NCBI GenBank assembly: GCA_037379345.1 | Contig: CM074521.1 | Location: forward strand, 186,001 to 250,000 | Reading direction: 5' to 3' | DNA length: 64,000 nucleotides | From: Perna viridis | Taxonomy: Eukaryota | Shown here: positions 39,383 to 52,000 of the stretch, one piece after another | Layout of the letters: every line of letters begins with the position of its first letter | Position numbering within the stretch: the first letter of the stretch is position 1 | Translations under genes and position numbers: made by a program | The notes under the pieces: model-generated | The model's input: only the letters and a program-made list of their open reading frames with translations | What the model was told of the DNA's origin: nothing | Databases searched by the model: none

Positions 39383-40001
39383 ATTGATGAAACGTCCGAT
39401 GAGTACGACATTAACCATTAAATAATTAGTTTTAATGTACGAGAGAACATTTGATTGTCTGCTGCTACACTTATATATAGAATATAAGGTGTGTGCTTCA
39501 CTGATCAAAATAAAATGTGCTTTATTCTTGAAAGAACTTTGTAAAGAACGCCTGTATTAATTAATTAATTAAACGAATGTGGACAACAATTGGAATCACT
39601 GTTCTGCTTTTGTTTATAATATAGCCAGTAATTTGACACTTTTGGCACCTGCGTTTGGAGTGTTCATATCACAACTCATACGTAGAGATGTAAAATATGT
39701 TATGGTAGGGGGTTTTATCCGGAACTTCCTTGTAGTATCTGTAGGCAAACACATAAAAAAGATACTAACTTGCCGGAACTACGCAGACTTTTTTGTATAG
39801 TTAAACCCATAGTACAGACTTTCCCGTAAAGTACTTCCTGTTACCCATAGATATAACTATAAGTGACTTTTAAGATAAACTATAGTGCCGAAATGTGCAG
39901 GAGAGAAAATAGTTGAATTCAAATACATAAGTTGAAGTATATTCATAATACAACTCACTTTCTGGGGGTTAAAACCAACGGTTTTGAAACTTGGAAACAC
40001 C

Positions 40002-40069
40002 ATGAAGTTGACAGGATTAGCTGTTATTACTTTGGTGTTATTGATAGAACCTGTTAACTCTTGGTCTGG
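40002..40069 (+). CDS. Exon 1: signal peptide [23 protein letters not shown]
   Basis: CACCATG start context, hydrophobic core, GTAAGA donor, phase 2 matching the next exon. Confidence 0.75.
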
Positions 40070-43000
40070 GTAAGACATATCATTGCTTGTTTTATATTTA
40101 TATTCTTATAATTTTATTACTTTCTACCTCTGTACAATGATTTTTTTTAAACGAATCACCTCTTATTGTATTATGTTACCATTAAGAAAGCGTTTTATAC
40201 CCATTTAATGTCATAACAGTCACGTTCCTTCTGAGGTCTTACTAATTTGATTGTCAATCATCATACCATGTAATTTACAAATGCTTTAATCAATTGGAAT
40301 CTTTAACTGCTACATTATGGGTAATAACAAAATAACTAAACTATTGAAATCTAGGCCGTATTCAAAAGGACACATAGTTAAAGGGAAAGTTTCGTATAGC
40401 AAAGGGCAATATCAGGGTGTACCTGGAAAATTAGAAAGTTAGGTACAGTCCTTGAACCGATCCGCGTAACGATTTGACAAATCGTATAAATTGATGTTTA
40501 AATCTATTACAGTATATAAATATATGTGAAATTGACAAAGAAAACAACTAAAACATTAAAATATATTCACTGCTCTGTGGTTACGTGATGCGATCATCAG
40601 TTAAATGGATCGGTTTGACGGATCGATGACTGACCTCAAACTGATCGGTGATCGATAACCGATCGCAATTTTTGTTGGACAGGTCGGTTTAGGTACTTTT
40701 CCAGTTTTCGTAGACTTCGTGGGTAAGGTAAACCACGAAATTTGATTCCCAACGAAAAGGATAATTTTCTTTATATTGAATGACAGGATCGCAACAACCA
40801 CAATTCAAGAATCCACGATCTTTTCCTCTTAATCACGAAAGTTGATACCCACGAATATAAGTACTTTCACAGTGAAAAGAATTTAATAGAATACAATTTA
40901 TGTAAATCCGAGCCAAAAGCTTTAGAACAAGTTTTGAATTTTGTGGGGAAAGTGAGTCAAATTCGAAATAAAGTAATAAAGTAAACACTGCAGGAAATGC
41001 ATTTGTAGTCATAAGAGAAAATGCATCATGGAACAGTTAACATGACAATACATCGTCCAATTTAAGCTTTTTGATTTCCCATGATTACTCTTTGATTAAG
41101 GACTTAATTTCAGTCTTTTAAGAATGTTTATGGATAACTTCTCTAAGATAAAATGCCTAATAGATAACTCTATTTAAACGTCAGCTAAAATAAAAACGTT
41201 TACTGAACACCAATAGGATATCACTACTATGTGTACATTTACTAGTATGGGCATGTGCAAAACTGACATAGCAAGCCTGACAAGGAAATCATTACTCAAA
41301 AATTTAGTCGATGAAAATGTGCTTTTGTTTTTCTGATCGTTGTCTCGTATTAAGTACACAGATTATACTTCTAAAATATGTTATGGCAGGGAGTTTTATC
41401 CGGAACTTCCTCTTGTAGTATCTGCAGGCAAACACATAAAGAAGATACTCTACTTTATATTCTGTGCAGTCACATTTGCTAGTTGAAGGCTGTAACTTAA
41501 ATTGTATCTTCAATTACAATAATTTTTATCCATTTTTCTTTTTGATTAACTTTAAAATCCTGATTGCTTTAATTTACCATTCAAATACATTTAGTTTTAT
41601 TTTAAGGTGCAATTAATAAGTTCTTTAGTAAAAGTGATTATTATTTGTGAAAATGGAGAACAGTTTTTCATGCCATCAGTATTGCAAATATTTCGCGTAC
41701 AAAACGATGGAGAGTCGTTCTTATTGAAAGTATGAATGTGAAATGAATTATTATCACAGGGTAAATTTTGTCATTCTATATTCATCGGATGGGTACTTGT
41801 TGTGTTTAATGTGTTTATTTTTTTCAATATCAAATAAATTGTAACGCAGAAAACTACTTGTGACTGTGTATATATTTATGTTTCTTGGAAACATGGACAG
41901 ATACATGTATGCATTATAAAAATGAAAACAATGCAATGCACCCTTTAACGAGTTACAATGGTATAGTTTTGTATGCGTAAAAGTGTTTGTCATTGTTTTT
42001 GTAGCTTTCGGTTTTGAATAACAATATATTTATGATACTATTATTCGGTAAATTCATGTTTTACTGAAAAGTGTTTATGAAACTTTGAAAATGTTAGACT
42101 ATATATTCAAGCTGTCGTTTGGCATTTTCTGTTTCGTCAATATCTATTTTTTTTTACATTTGGTCACATTACAAGAGGCAGTATTCCCTTGCTATGATAC
42201 ATATACTAGCTTATTTGTTGACATAAAATGTTACAAATATGCGAAGACTTTGTTATCAAATGACAATACAAGGCTGTTAAAAACCTAAAAGTATTTGAAT
42301 TTCTTTTTTTGAAATACTTTTCCCACCAACCACTTCATTATATTTTTATCAACTTTCAATATCTATATCAGTTGCTTCAGTTTTTAGTTTTTTTCTAGAA
42401 TTCTCAATAATAACACCAGTTGCATGTAACTTAATATTCTAGCTGCTCTATTATATGAATTTTTCTGACAATACACCCGTTTACCACATGGAGATCTACA
42501 AGTATATTTCGCCTCTATAATAAGTTCATCGCTCCAAAATGTATGTGGTTGTATTTTGAACCTATTTTACTGATATTGAGTGTCTGTTTTTAACATTATA
42601 GGAAAGCTCCATTTGTCATAGATATTATTTCTCCATCGCTAGACCACCTGACCTGACGGAGTCCGAGTTGCTAATTTACTCTGTTACTTTGTATGGATTA
42701 TTTTAGTACTTTGTTGTGTCTGTCTGTTTTCCATGACTGGTTTTGTCCCTGGATTACATACCTGTTTTATTTCCGCTGAAATCTTAGGTCCTTTGACTAC
42801 TCTTTCAACGAACATCAGAGAGTTGTTTATCTCCAAAACGACAGGAAGTGCTCATCTTTTCGGGGTATCTTTGATCACATTCGGGTTTAATGAGAATTCA
42901 TGCTGTTTTTCTGTGTGAACTGTTTAGCACCAACGTGTTGTGTTATTTTTAGAGATTGGCACAGTTCAAAAAGTCTGCGCAGTAAACTCTTTGTAAAATG

Positions 43001-46000
43001 TTAAATCATGTATTGTTTTCTAGCGCCTTCTTCCCTCGAATTATTTTTATCTGGTTGAAACCCTTTCATTACTGTTTTCTGATATGTAAATTTTTAAAAC
43101 CCGACACACATATAATGTATCTTCAATAGCCTAGTAGAGTGGGTGATATGTTTATGATTTAGATATTTTGCCGAAACCATACATTTTTTTTTCATAACAA
43201 ATTGGATGTATATCAAGCAATATGAATACCACACTAAAAGCGTCTGGCTAAACCATTGCAAGAATATCAACTTCAATACAAATAACACTTTATTTGATTC
43301 TTGTAGAGAGTATTTTTTATATTTCAAGTACTGGCTGCATATTTGTTAGTCTTTGTTTGTGTTTAGCTCACTTGGCCCATCCAACTGATTTGGAGCTATT
43401 GTCATCACTTGGCGTACGTTGTTATAAATTACTCATTTTCGTCTCCTCATAAAATACTTGGCAGATTAGAACTACACTTAATGTGAATGTTTCATAAGGT
43501 ATTCTTTATAGAACTGATGAGGGGATCTTTTCATCCGTTGAAAAACATGACTGCTATTACTAAAATAGAACATAGGAGTCAATTTTTTGCATATATCTCC
43601 AAAACCCTACGGTTAATTTCTGACTTGTTCAGCATGATTTTATCTATATTTGTAAACTTTTTGTGCAAACCTATTGAGCCATATTGGAGTTCTTGCCCTT
43701 TTTGACGTTTTTTTGCGATTTCCAATGCTGTCACTATAAAAGACTACAGGACTAGTTATGGCGAAACTTAAAATGACTGCATATAACTGATGTAGGTTTA
43801 TGATCCAACGAAATCCACTGCTACTTAAAATGGAACATTAGGGTCAGACAGAAGTTTTGTGCATATATCTACGCAGACTTTTTGTATCACGTTAGAACTC
43901 TAACAAATAGGCTCCTGGAACAGGGTTATGTTGCTACAAGATTGAAGTCATCACTACATAAGTTTTATGGTCGTCATCAGGAACTCGTGGTTCGTTAATG
44001 GTGTATCCATCAGCACCATGAAAACTGATTTACTCAACGGGTCATAGTTTTCCTTTCCTCGTTTGTCTACCCCGGACTTTACTTTTGATGAGCATCTCGA
44101 CGGGTGTTTCTAGAAAAGCAGAGAACGCTTACCCTACCGATGCACCTTGTCCATGCTCCCAGTTTTTAGTGGAGTCCGAGTTGCTCATTTACTTTTTTTA
44201 CTTTGTATGTATGATTTTAGTTACTTTATGTTCTTTGTTGTGTATATCTGTTTTCCATATCTGGTCTTTGTCCCTGGATTAAATTATTTTGATTACCGCT
44301 ATAACCTTGGTTCCCTTGATTACTTTCTCAAAGACCGTTAGGTTTATCAACTTTCTGACAAGCAGTAAAAGTGTCTAAAGAGATCTATCTGTCGGCAACT
44401 TTTCGGGTAAATCTGTTGAGCCTTTTTGAGGGTTTTGCATTTTCCGACGCATTCAGTATAGTTTCGCCTTTTACCCTTTGACCTTAAGGACGCTGTTCTA
44501 TGGAAACGTTAGTCATCTGATCGCAATTCTGTTTTCTGATTGGCCAAAATGATAACGTAGAAGCATTGTTCTTTTTTTTTATTTTGTGTATTGTATTTTT
44601 ATTTTATCCTAGTTTTAGGTACTGATATGAAAATTGGTTATGTTTGTACACACTTAAATTAATTGGACTATTAACTGTTTTGAATTGTAAAACGAAGACA
44701 TTTTATTATTACTAACAATGTCATCACACGTTTATTCACCAGGCACACTTGTGGCCGAGTTTACAGATACTTCTCGAGCTACAGCTACTGTAGTTGTAGA
44801 GGATGGTGGGGGTAAGCTAAACAATAATATAAATGGTAACAAAACTATTCTTGAAAGCTTGATTTTGTAATTGATGATAGGAATAACAATTTGATGTATA
44901 TTTATAGCATACACATTGCCTATGTTTTTTTCCACACAAATTTGAGTTTCAATTAAAATATTGCCTTATTAAGCTTGTTTTAAACACATTATTTTCGTAG
45001 TACACTATTTTTATTATCACTGATTAAATAACCAGTATTTGGTTTTTAAAATTGATTTCTATTTGATTATAATACAATGTATCCTAGTATTCATTTTCTA
45101 AAGAGTAATGAAAAGTAATATTTGTCATGGAAATAGTGAGGTTTTTTTTATACTTTGCGTTGTGTCAAAAAACTTTGACATCTAATATGCAAATTAAATT
45201 CCAGATGCTTTCACTGGAGCCGTATTCGGAGAACACATTATGCAAGACAAACTTATTGTTGTCCCGGTTGGAGACATAATGGCAATTATGATTGTACTAT
45301 ACGTAAGTAAATATTATACAGAAGACTGATGTTCAAAGTACTGTTACAACAAAAATGTCAAGGTCAGAAATAACCTCTGACAATGATTCAGCCAACAAGT
45401 ACAATGTGCCATTTCTATATTTAGCAATAAAGGTCAAACAAACTTACAATTATTACAAATATACAGCATCCTAACACCCCCCCCTAAAAGAAAGTTTGAA
45501 TGCAATGAAAACTTTTAAACATGCAACAAATACTATATACATATAAAATGAAATATAAATTCAAGACCTAGATGATGCATCAGGTATAACATTTGCTTTA
45601 CCTTTGATATGTTTAATTATATTGTCGTATTCCTGTAATAACAAACTCCATCTGGTCAGTCTTTGATTTTTATTTTTCATTCTATTTAGGAATGTTAGGG
45701 GATGATGATCCGTTAAAACCAAAATTGAATGTCTAGTGAAACCTAAACATGCTAAATAAACATCAAAATACTGTAAAGCTGACAAGATTGCAAAACATTT
45801 ATCAAATTTCTTAGAAAAAATATGTTATTGGTTTGTCAACTAGATCAGGTGTTTCTGGTACAACACAACTCCTAAGAGTGTTTAAGACTGGACTACTGAT
45901 TAAAAGTGACTTGCTATTTTCAAAAGCCATCTCACATTTGTCATTCCACAAAAAATTTGAATTTTTGCCGAAGACGTTGTGTTAAAGGTTCAACAACAGT

Positions 46001-49000
46001 GGCAAAATTTGAACAAAATCTTCTGTAAAAAACAATCATTCCCAAATATCCCGTAAGTTGCTTTTTGTTGGTAGTATGGAACTGAACAATTGCTTCCACC
46101 TCAGCAATTAACGGTTTAACTTGCCCTTTACCTAGAGTACATTTGTATGCCCTAAGTATTCAACTGTAGCTTTACAAAATTCACTTTTTTGCATGTGTTC
46201 AGACCAGCTATCACTACATACAATTAAATCATCAATGTAAACATATCAATAATCCAGATCTTATATAACATTTTTGATCATTCTCTGAAATGTTGGTGGT
46301 GCATTTTTCATTCCAAAAGGCATAATTTATAATAAAACTATGGAGAGGAATATTTAAACGACCTAACTCCACACCAACAAAGCAGAAGCACCAACAGAAG
46401 TGTTCTTAGACGAAGGCAAACACCTTCCAACAACAAAGTCAGAGAAGCAACGGTGTCCATTAAGATGCTAATGGATTAGAAAGCAGAATCTTTTTAAGGC
46501 TTTTAATCCTCCATATAATCACAAAAACTGGACTTAGAAACCTGTCTATCAACAGAATTGATAAGTGTTGTACAACCACTTGGTTTGACCTTTTCCTCTC
46601 TTTCTCAATGTAAACATAACAATAATCGAGATCTTATATAACATTATTGATCATTCTCTGAAATGTTGGTGGTGCATTTTACATTCCAAAAGGCATAACT
46701 TTATATTAAAACAAGCCATCTGGTGTAACAAAAGCAGATAACTTACGGGCTCTCTTTGTCAAGGGAACTTGCCAATATCCTTTTAACAAGTCAAATTTAG
46801 TGTCAAATTTTCATTACCGATTTTATCAATGCAGTCATCTATTCAAAGAATATGATATGAATCGGATTTTGAAACGGAATTAACTTTTCAAAAATCTCTG
46901 ACAAAGCGAAATGTCTTATCAAGTTTAGGAACCAGTAGGCAAGGAGAGCTCCATTCACTTTAACCTGGCTCAATAGTTTCATTTTCTAAAATATATTTGA
47001 CCTCTTTCCTCATGACTTTCAACTAAAAAGGATTGAGTCTGCAAGGATGCTGTCTTATAGGAGCAACATGAGCAACATCAACTTCAGCAGCAACTGTTTT
47101 GTTATGTACATTTGGGAACATTTTTTTTGTAAGAAAGTACCAAAGTTTTAATTTCTTCTTTTTGATCAAAATTCAGATGTACTACGTTTGAACCTAAATA
47201 AGTCAAAATGTATTGTTCAATATTTCATGCTGTACGAACTCTTTAAACCCATTTACCTCTGAAGTTGCGTTGTCATGAGTAGTAACATTAGGTACAATTG
47301 TGGCTAAAGTGGAAATTTGTTTACGATTGTCAGAGCGTTCAAAATACTCTATTAAAATATTAACATGACACTCTCCAGTATTGTACGCCGACTAGGCGTT
47401 TTGACAACATAATTTAGATCATTGATCTTACTATCTATTTTTCGCATGTTAAATTCTGCTTTCCATTTATTCATTTTTTTCTTTTCTTGCATTTCTCTTT
47501 CTTTTTCTTGCAGTCCATTTCCATTTGTAATTATTTGACATTAAGTTGATGGTCCAATTCCATTTGTTTCGATTTAATCATATCTACGTTTTCTATTTTC
47601 ATGTCAAGAGCATCTTCTCCAAAAATGTCAAGTTCAATCATTTTGTCAATTAACAGATTTTTAAAAGTTTGTTTTCTAATTGAAACTTTAAAATCAATGG
47701 CAAGCAACACTAAATCATCTTTTTTTCAACTGATCAAACTCATCTTGACCTGGCTTTTTCAAAAAGTCCTAAGCAACATAAACCATTTAATTTCTTATTG
47801 GCTTTCTAAACATTAAACTGAAATATTTTTAAAATGGCTCCCGGACGAGCTCCCAATGTCTGTTACAACAAAAATGTCGAAGTCAGAAATAACCTCCTAG
47901 AAAGATTTAGCCAACAAGAGACAAATTACAATTTCAATCATTTTAATTTAACTAAATAAGTAACGTGTTACAATTTACAGTATTATAATTACAAAAGTTA
48001 CTTATCAATATACAGTCTAGAAAGTTTACTAATCCGCCAAACTTTTGATGTCCACTTTTGAATTCTGTTATATATAGCAGGAATCCGAAAGTTAATTTAA
48101 ATAGTATTAGTCCGGCACGGAATAATTTCAAGCACTTAATCCAAAGAGTAATCAAGGGAACCAAGGTTATAGCGGTAATCACAAGAATGCAATCCAGGGA
48201 CAAAGAACAGACATGGAAAACAGACATACACAACATAGAACATAAAGTAACTAAAATCATACATACAAAGTAACATGCTACAAAGGTGTCCTCAGTGTTA
48301 ACGCATGAATGTACTAACAAAACAGCATTCAGTCATTCATCAGTCTATTAGATAAATTTCCTTTTCAGATGTCCAGTTTTTAAATAAAATATCATAAAAA
48401 TCTAGAAATACTAAGAAAGTTTTAGGACAATTTAGAAAACAATCATTAATGAGTCAGATAAACAATACTTGTTTGTTTACAAATTCTAGAAAGTTCTATT
48501 ATTGAAATTAAGGTGTTTACAAATGTGCCATTTCTATATTTATCAATAAAGGTCAAATAGATCAGGTCAAACAATCTTACAATTATTACAAATATATAGC
48601 ATCCTAACAGTACAATGTCAACTAAAGTATAAAAGGTTTTAAAAACCGAATGGTCTATTGATTTATATATAATGATAGTCAATGACGCCTTACCGAATAC
48701 TTGAATGGAGGTTTTGGACTTCGAACAATGATATGTAAATGTTTAGCATTAATGAGAAAGCAGTTTTTAGTAAAATATGTACACAGTACTGGACCAATTA
48801 TTTAAGATGGGATACCCCTTTCAACGTATCCCATTTTAGCGTTCGTGCATTGTTTGTCGTGTGTTTACACATCGTTTTATGTTTGTTTTTACGCGCAATA
48901 AGCGAACGATAGCAGCGTTGGTGCTAACGCACGATAGGAGCCTTTGTTTAAACATTTATATTTATACATTCATTATTTCTTTTATTGAACTGTTATTTTT

Positions 49001-52000
49001 TATATTTTCTGCAATATTTCTTTTTTGCTTTTTGATAAGTCTATCTATGTTTTTTTTTTCTTCATCAATATTATATAATTATTTTCCATCGTTTCTGTAT
49101 CGCGCGTTTAAACGCCCGCTAAAAAGCATTTGTTTATCGTGCGTTCGTTTATCATGAGTTAAAACAAACGATGGGAGCGCACATTTAAACACACGATAGA
49201 AGCGTTCGTATATCGTGTGTTTGGTGAACGTTTAGCATGCGTTTAGGTATCGTGGGTGCTAGAAACCTAAATGCACCAAGGATTGTATCTTTTGATGTTA
49301 TGATCTTAATTGTACAGCCCTATACCGAATATTCACATACTTGCATTAAAGAATGGTTAAATGATAATGAATTCTTAATCGTTATCCTTGCAATTTTATA
49401 TCGGATTGAATTTTATCTAAGGTGTTTTTTTTATGATTACAGCTATTTGCAGTCCTTCCTGTCAAAACGGCGGAATCTGTGTCCGACCTAACACTTGTTC
49501 TTGTAGAGACGGATATGAAGGAGACATTTGTAGTGGAAGTTTGTAGATATATGTTTTATTGTTACTTCTAATTGTAAAGTTAACTTACCTTTGTTTCATC
49601 ATATAATTTTGATATATCGAGATGATGAATGAAAAACAAAATCTTCCCATTTCAATAGCTAAATATCATTCTCAGAGGCGGATCCAGGACTTTAGATTGG
49701 GGGGGGGGGCACAATAATTTTTTTTTAGGTTACATGTTTGAAATATTCTTCTAGAGTGGTTGCAATGTAGATATCTTTTATGGTAAAATTAGCGAGAAAT
49801 TAAAGTTTCAACCTAAAATCGCCTAAATCTACCCCTGACAACCCATGCTTTGCAAATTTTAGGGGGGCGCACGCCCGACACGCCCCCGCCTGAATCCGCC
49901 CCCGATTCTTATCTGCTTTGAAAACTGAGGGATCTTATTTCTTCTGTTAAAGTAATTAAAATATTGGTTAAGGAAATAAATATTTTTTTTCACATTTCTA
50001 TTTCTAAGTTGCTGCATGTTCCCACCTAAAGCCGTGTTATCCAGGACGTTGCTATGGGAGTCGACATAATAGCCAGTGCATGTGCTCGGAGGGCTTTGGA
50101 GAATCCACCTGCAAAAGACGTAAGTTATCCTTATTTAGTCTGGCAAACCTGACTTTTCCTGGACCCGGTTTCGATCTTGTTGGATAATATGTATGAAACG
50201 GATCGTAATCTGTGATCTAGAGACTGTGTGACAGATTAAGTTTATATTTACATTTGAAATGGTATTTTGATTTTATATACACTAAACCCTATCATAACCA
50301 TTTCTTTCTATGAAAGTATTAACGGAATTAAAGATTTATTTTTTAGCAGCGCATGAAACTTTTTTTTATATAGTTAAAATTAAACAAAATTACTTGTGCT
50401 ATGACGTTTTAATAGAATACATAATTACCTTTCTAAGCCATTGTTCCTTCTATTACTCTTCTCCAAAGAGTATGTTTTATCTGTCCTTTCTTCAATTATG
50501 TTATACCCATTCCAATTACCAAGCACCAAGAAATGTTTTTGCTTATCTGTGAAATACTTTTTGGAAATAATCTTAGTTCATTTGCATGAAGCGCAACAAT
50601 TTCATCTCTTATCAATTTCAAAAGCATTTCGAATAAAAAGAGAAACAAATTGCGCTGATTGGTTGATGACCATTATACTCCTACAATAATAGGCTTAATT
50701 CAATAACCATTTTCTGTGCCTGCAAATAATTTAATCAAACTAAACACTGCATTAATCACGCAAAGTGTGCACAGTCAAATCAATTGTACCAACGTATTGC
50801 GGAATAAGAATAGTACTGTCATTTGAGTTATTCAGAATAAGAATGTCATTTGTGATTTGTTAATCTATCCAGCCTTTTATTCATGTTTTGTTTATTTATT
50901 CAAAATCAGAATTGTCAGTGATATTTTACTCATTTATTCAGAATGAACACTGTTTTTCGTGTTTCGTTTCGTTCATATATTTAGAATAAGGACCTCTTCG
51001 GATTATTTAAATATTAATTCATTTTTTTGATTAACATGTATATTTGATAAGTTATTTCACATACATTTCTCAGTAAAAGAGCAAGCTTACAGAGGTGTTA
51101 ATCTAACCGAACGTAACCAATGATATGAATTGGAAGCGACACTTTCTATAATTAATTGTTTGTGTTCAGGCACACACTATACATATTTCAGTTCTATTTG
51201 ATTGATATGAGTACTAAAATAATGCTTCCTATTTCAGTTGAAAGTGATGACTACAGACCATTGATAGAAAAAGCTAATGCGACATTTGCCAAGTATTTGT
51301 ATACACAAGGAAATAAAATGCTTTATCTTTTCATGACGGACGCAACAAACTCGACAACTAATGCTCTAATCTGGACAAACCAGGCAGAGTTCAATGATAT
51401 GAAGTTTGATATAGACGCCTCTATTGACGCCAGATATGTGTTTCAACACATACCACCAAAACCACGATATATCAAAAACCAGAAATTCGGAATTGTCGAA
51501 GCAAACGTCTTAATACAGCACTACAAATTGAACAGAGGTGAGATTGTTTTTTTTTTTTGTGTATCACATATACACTTGGTAATAGAACAGGAACCACTAT
51601 TAAAGTTTCAGTGGAATTGTCATTTTTACTCTGACATTTCATCGCAAATGTTATAAAGTTAATTAGATTCAATCAGTTGTACGTTTCTGTTTTTATCGAA
51701 TTTGGTATGTACTTATGGAAATAATAATACAGTTTTTAAAGTTCAAGATTTTAGGATCATAATACAATAATTATCCCTTGAAACTCAAATTATTCAGCTT
51801 TTGTTTAAGGTGATCTATGATTCGAAAGATGCTGAAATAAACATTTCTGCTTCTGGAACTCAGTGTTCTAAAATTGAATGACAAGAATAAAATTATCTAG
51901 TTCTTGCCTTGTCTTCTTAAAGAGTGATAATAAAACGTACTTAGATATAAAGTTTGGAAAGTTGGTTTTATCTGCAGTTTTTTATCAAAACTTTTTGTTG

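Noticed and set aside
40354-40442. Possible extra exon in intron 1 ([11 protein letters not shown]...)
   Set aside because: It ends in a stop or in a phase incompatible with exon 2; exon 1 joins exon 2 cleanly without it.
47839-47855. tRNA-Pro gene
   Set aside because: Only the 17-nt 3'-complementary segment is present, next to an LTR; it is a PBS.
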